From NCBI RefSeq assembly GCF_021869535.1, contig NW_026262679.1:118048001-118112000 (forward strand): DNA of 64,000 nt. Direction: 5' to 3'. Numbering within the stretch: position 1 is the stretch's first letter; every line of letters begins with the position of its first letter. A program made the translations under genes and the position numbers. Source of the stretch: Mytilus californianus (taxonomy: Eukaryota). The notes under the pieces are model-generated. The model did no database searches. It had not been told where the DNA came from and saw only the letters and a program-made list of their open reading frames with translations. Positions 62,565 through 64,000 of the stretch are shown piece by piece.

Positions 62565-63337
62565 TCTGAAAAAGATGAGGATTGTGTTTGTATTTCAATG
62601 ACATATATAATCAGTCAGCTGATTAAATATATTAATATAAATGTCACAATATAAACATTAAAATCCTAAGCCTTATTTGTTTCATTTCTTTTTATTCAAA
62701 ATCATTAGTTTAGGTCAATATAAACATAAGAAGATGTGTTAAGATTGCCAATGAGATAACTTTCAAATGGGAGACCAAATGGCGTAAAGTTAGCAGCTAT
62801 AGCTCCCTATACGGTCTTCGACAAAGAGCAAAACCCATACGGCATATATAGCAAGCTATAAAAAGGCCCTGACATAATCGAGTTGACCTAAATCAAGTGT
62901 AAACATTCGTCACAAACCACCATGCACCAACTGAATGAATGTCATTTCTCTCTGATTAGAAGTTGCTTAGCTCTCGACCACATCCGGATATGCATATTTA
63001 AGATCAGGGTCACCTTATTTTAATATACATTACGGACAAAAGTTCACGCTGTAATATGAAGATGTTCAGATCCGGATCTTAACGCAAAACGTAACTAGAG
63101 CCAAACATGGGTAAAATGTACATAAGGTCATTTTATATTTGTATCGACTTTTATCACATGATACATCACCTGACTGCAATATTCAATATAGTAACCTACA
63201 TCTTTTCTCTTATACGCAAACCAAACCTAACCAGGACGAAACTCAAACCTAACCAGGACGAAATTCAAACTCAACCAGTACGAACGATCGAATAGAAACA
63301 CTACACACCCAAACGCCATTGGACGAAAGAATTATAA

Positions 63338-63585
63338 GGGGACGATCATTTGATTTACTAGGGTGTGGGTAGTGGTGGGGGAGGTTATCAGGGGAATTTT
63401 GAAAATGAATATACTGGGCTGGTAGGAGCAAAAAATGAATAACCTTGCACAAGATAGGATAGAAATGAATAATCTTCGACACAAAATGCAGGAGTACAAA
63501 AGTGAAAATAAATTTTCGCGCGGCCGCGGAAACAAATAAGCATACGTACTAACAAACACATCCCCCTAGAATCAAAGGTCGTCTC
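63338..63585. mobile_element. MITE with imperfect TIRs, Harbinger-like
   Basis: ggggacgatcatttgattt..ctaggg at the start versus ccctagaatcaaaggtcgtctc at the end; taa on the left. Confidence 0.55.
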
Positions 63586-64000
63586 TTCTTCTATGCTTAG
63601 TAAAACATATAAATTAGATTATACATAATACTTTTTTTTACCTTTTACTTATCTAAAATTGTTTATTTCTAAAGATATGACAAATACGTTAGAAAAACAA
63701 AAGTTGTCTTTCTTCTTGTAAAAAAGCGAGGAAAACTGCTAAAACTGTACATGCGCTACTGTATTTGCAGAAAAAAGCAATTGCTATGAAAATATCATAT
63801 GGGGAAAAAATCATAATTCAATATATTTTGTTTATATTTAAAATCCTCGGGGTATTTCACAACTAAAAACATTTATCAATGATTACGTTATTTATAATAT
63901 ATTTAAGAAAATTGTTTGTCTGTGCTTTACTTTACAATGTTAGTCCTCATCATTGTGCGTTATTGCATAAAAGCTTTATAATTAAATTACAGATGTGTTA

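Overview
AT-rich eukaryotic (animal) genomic DNA. The repeat families and secreted low-complexity proteins point to a bivalve mollusc, probably a mytilid mussel; this is inferred from repeat recognition, not from a database search. Four host genes can be modelled. (1) A secreted Gly/Tyr/Trp/Arg-rich 9-mer repeat protein (+, CDS 5772-6392, with a non-coding exon 1 and TATA near 2293-2347). (2) A large minus-strand secreted gene: signal peptide, an unknown ~70-aa domain, 7 EGF exons (one with an in-frame TGA) and a MIDAS-bearing vWA domain (40396 down to at least 16235; 3' end unresolved). (3) A single-coding-exon DHHC palmitoyltransferase (-, 44646-45686). (4) A two-exon secreted Asp-rich / basic Gly-Arg-Lys / Pro-Thr block protein (-, 62564-61947 + 58781-58218). 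The rest is mobile DNA: a decayed DIRS-type tyrosine-recombinase retrotransposon, a Tx1-like LINE, a second LINE 3' end, two kinds of Penelope-like elements, SINE-like and HINE/MITE repeats, and minisatellites. Several minimal type-I hammerhead ribozyme motifs are present. The most unusual signals are an ~835-bp 19-mer minisatellite that appears to have expanded from inside a hammerhead core, a possible splice-assembled recombinase ORF in the DIRS element, and a cluster of secreted matrix-type genes with oppositely charged 9-residue repeats. No CRISPR, rRNA or intact tRNA gene was seen. Repeat boundaries were read by eye and are approximate.
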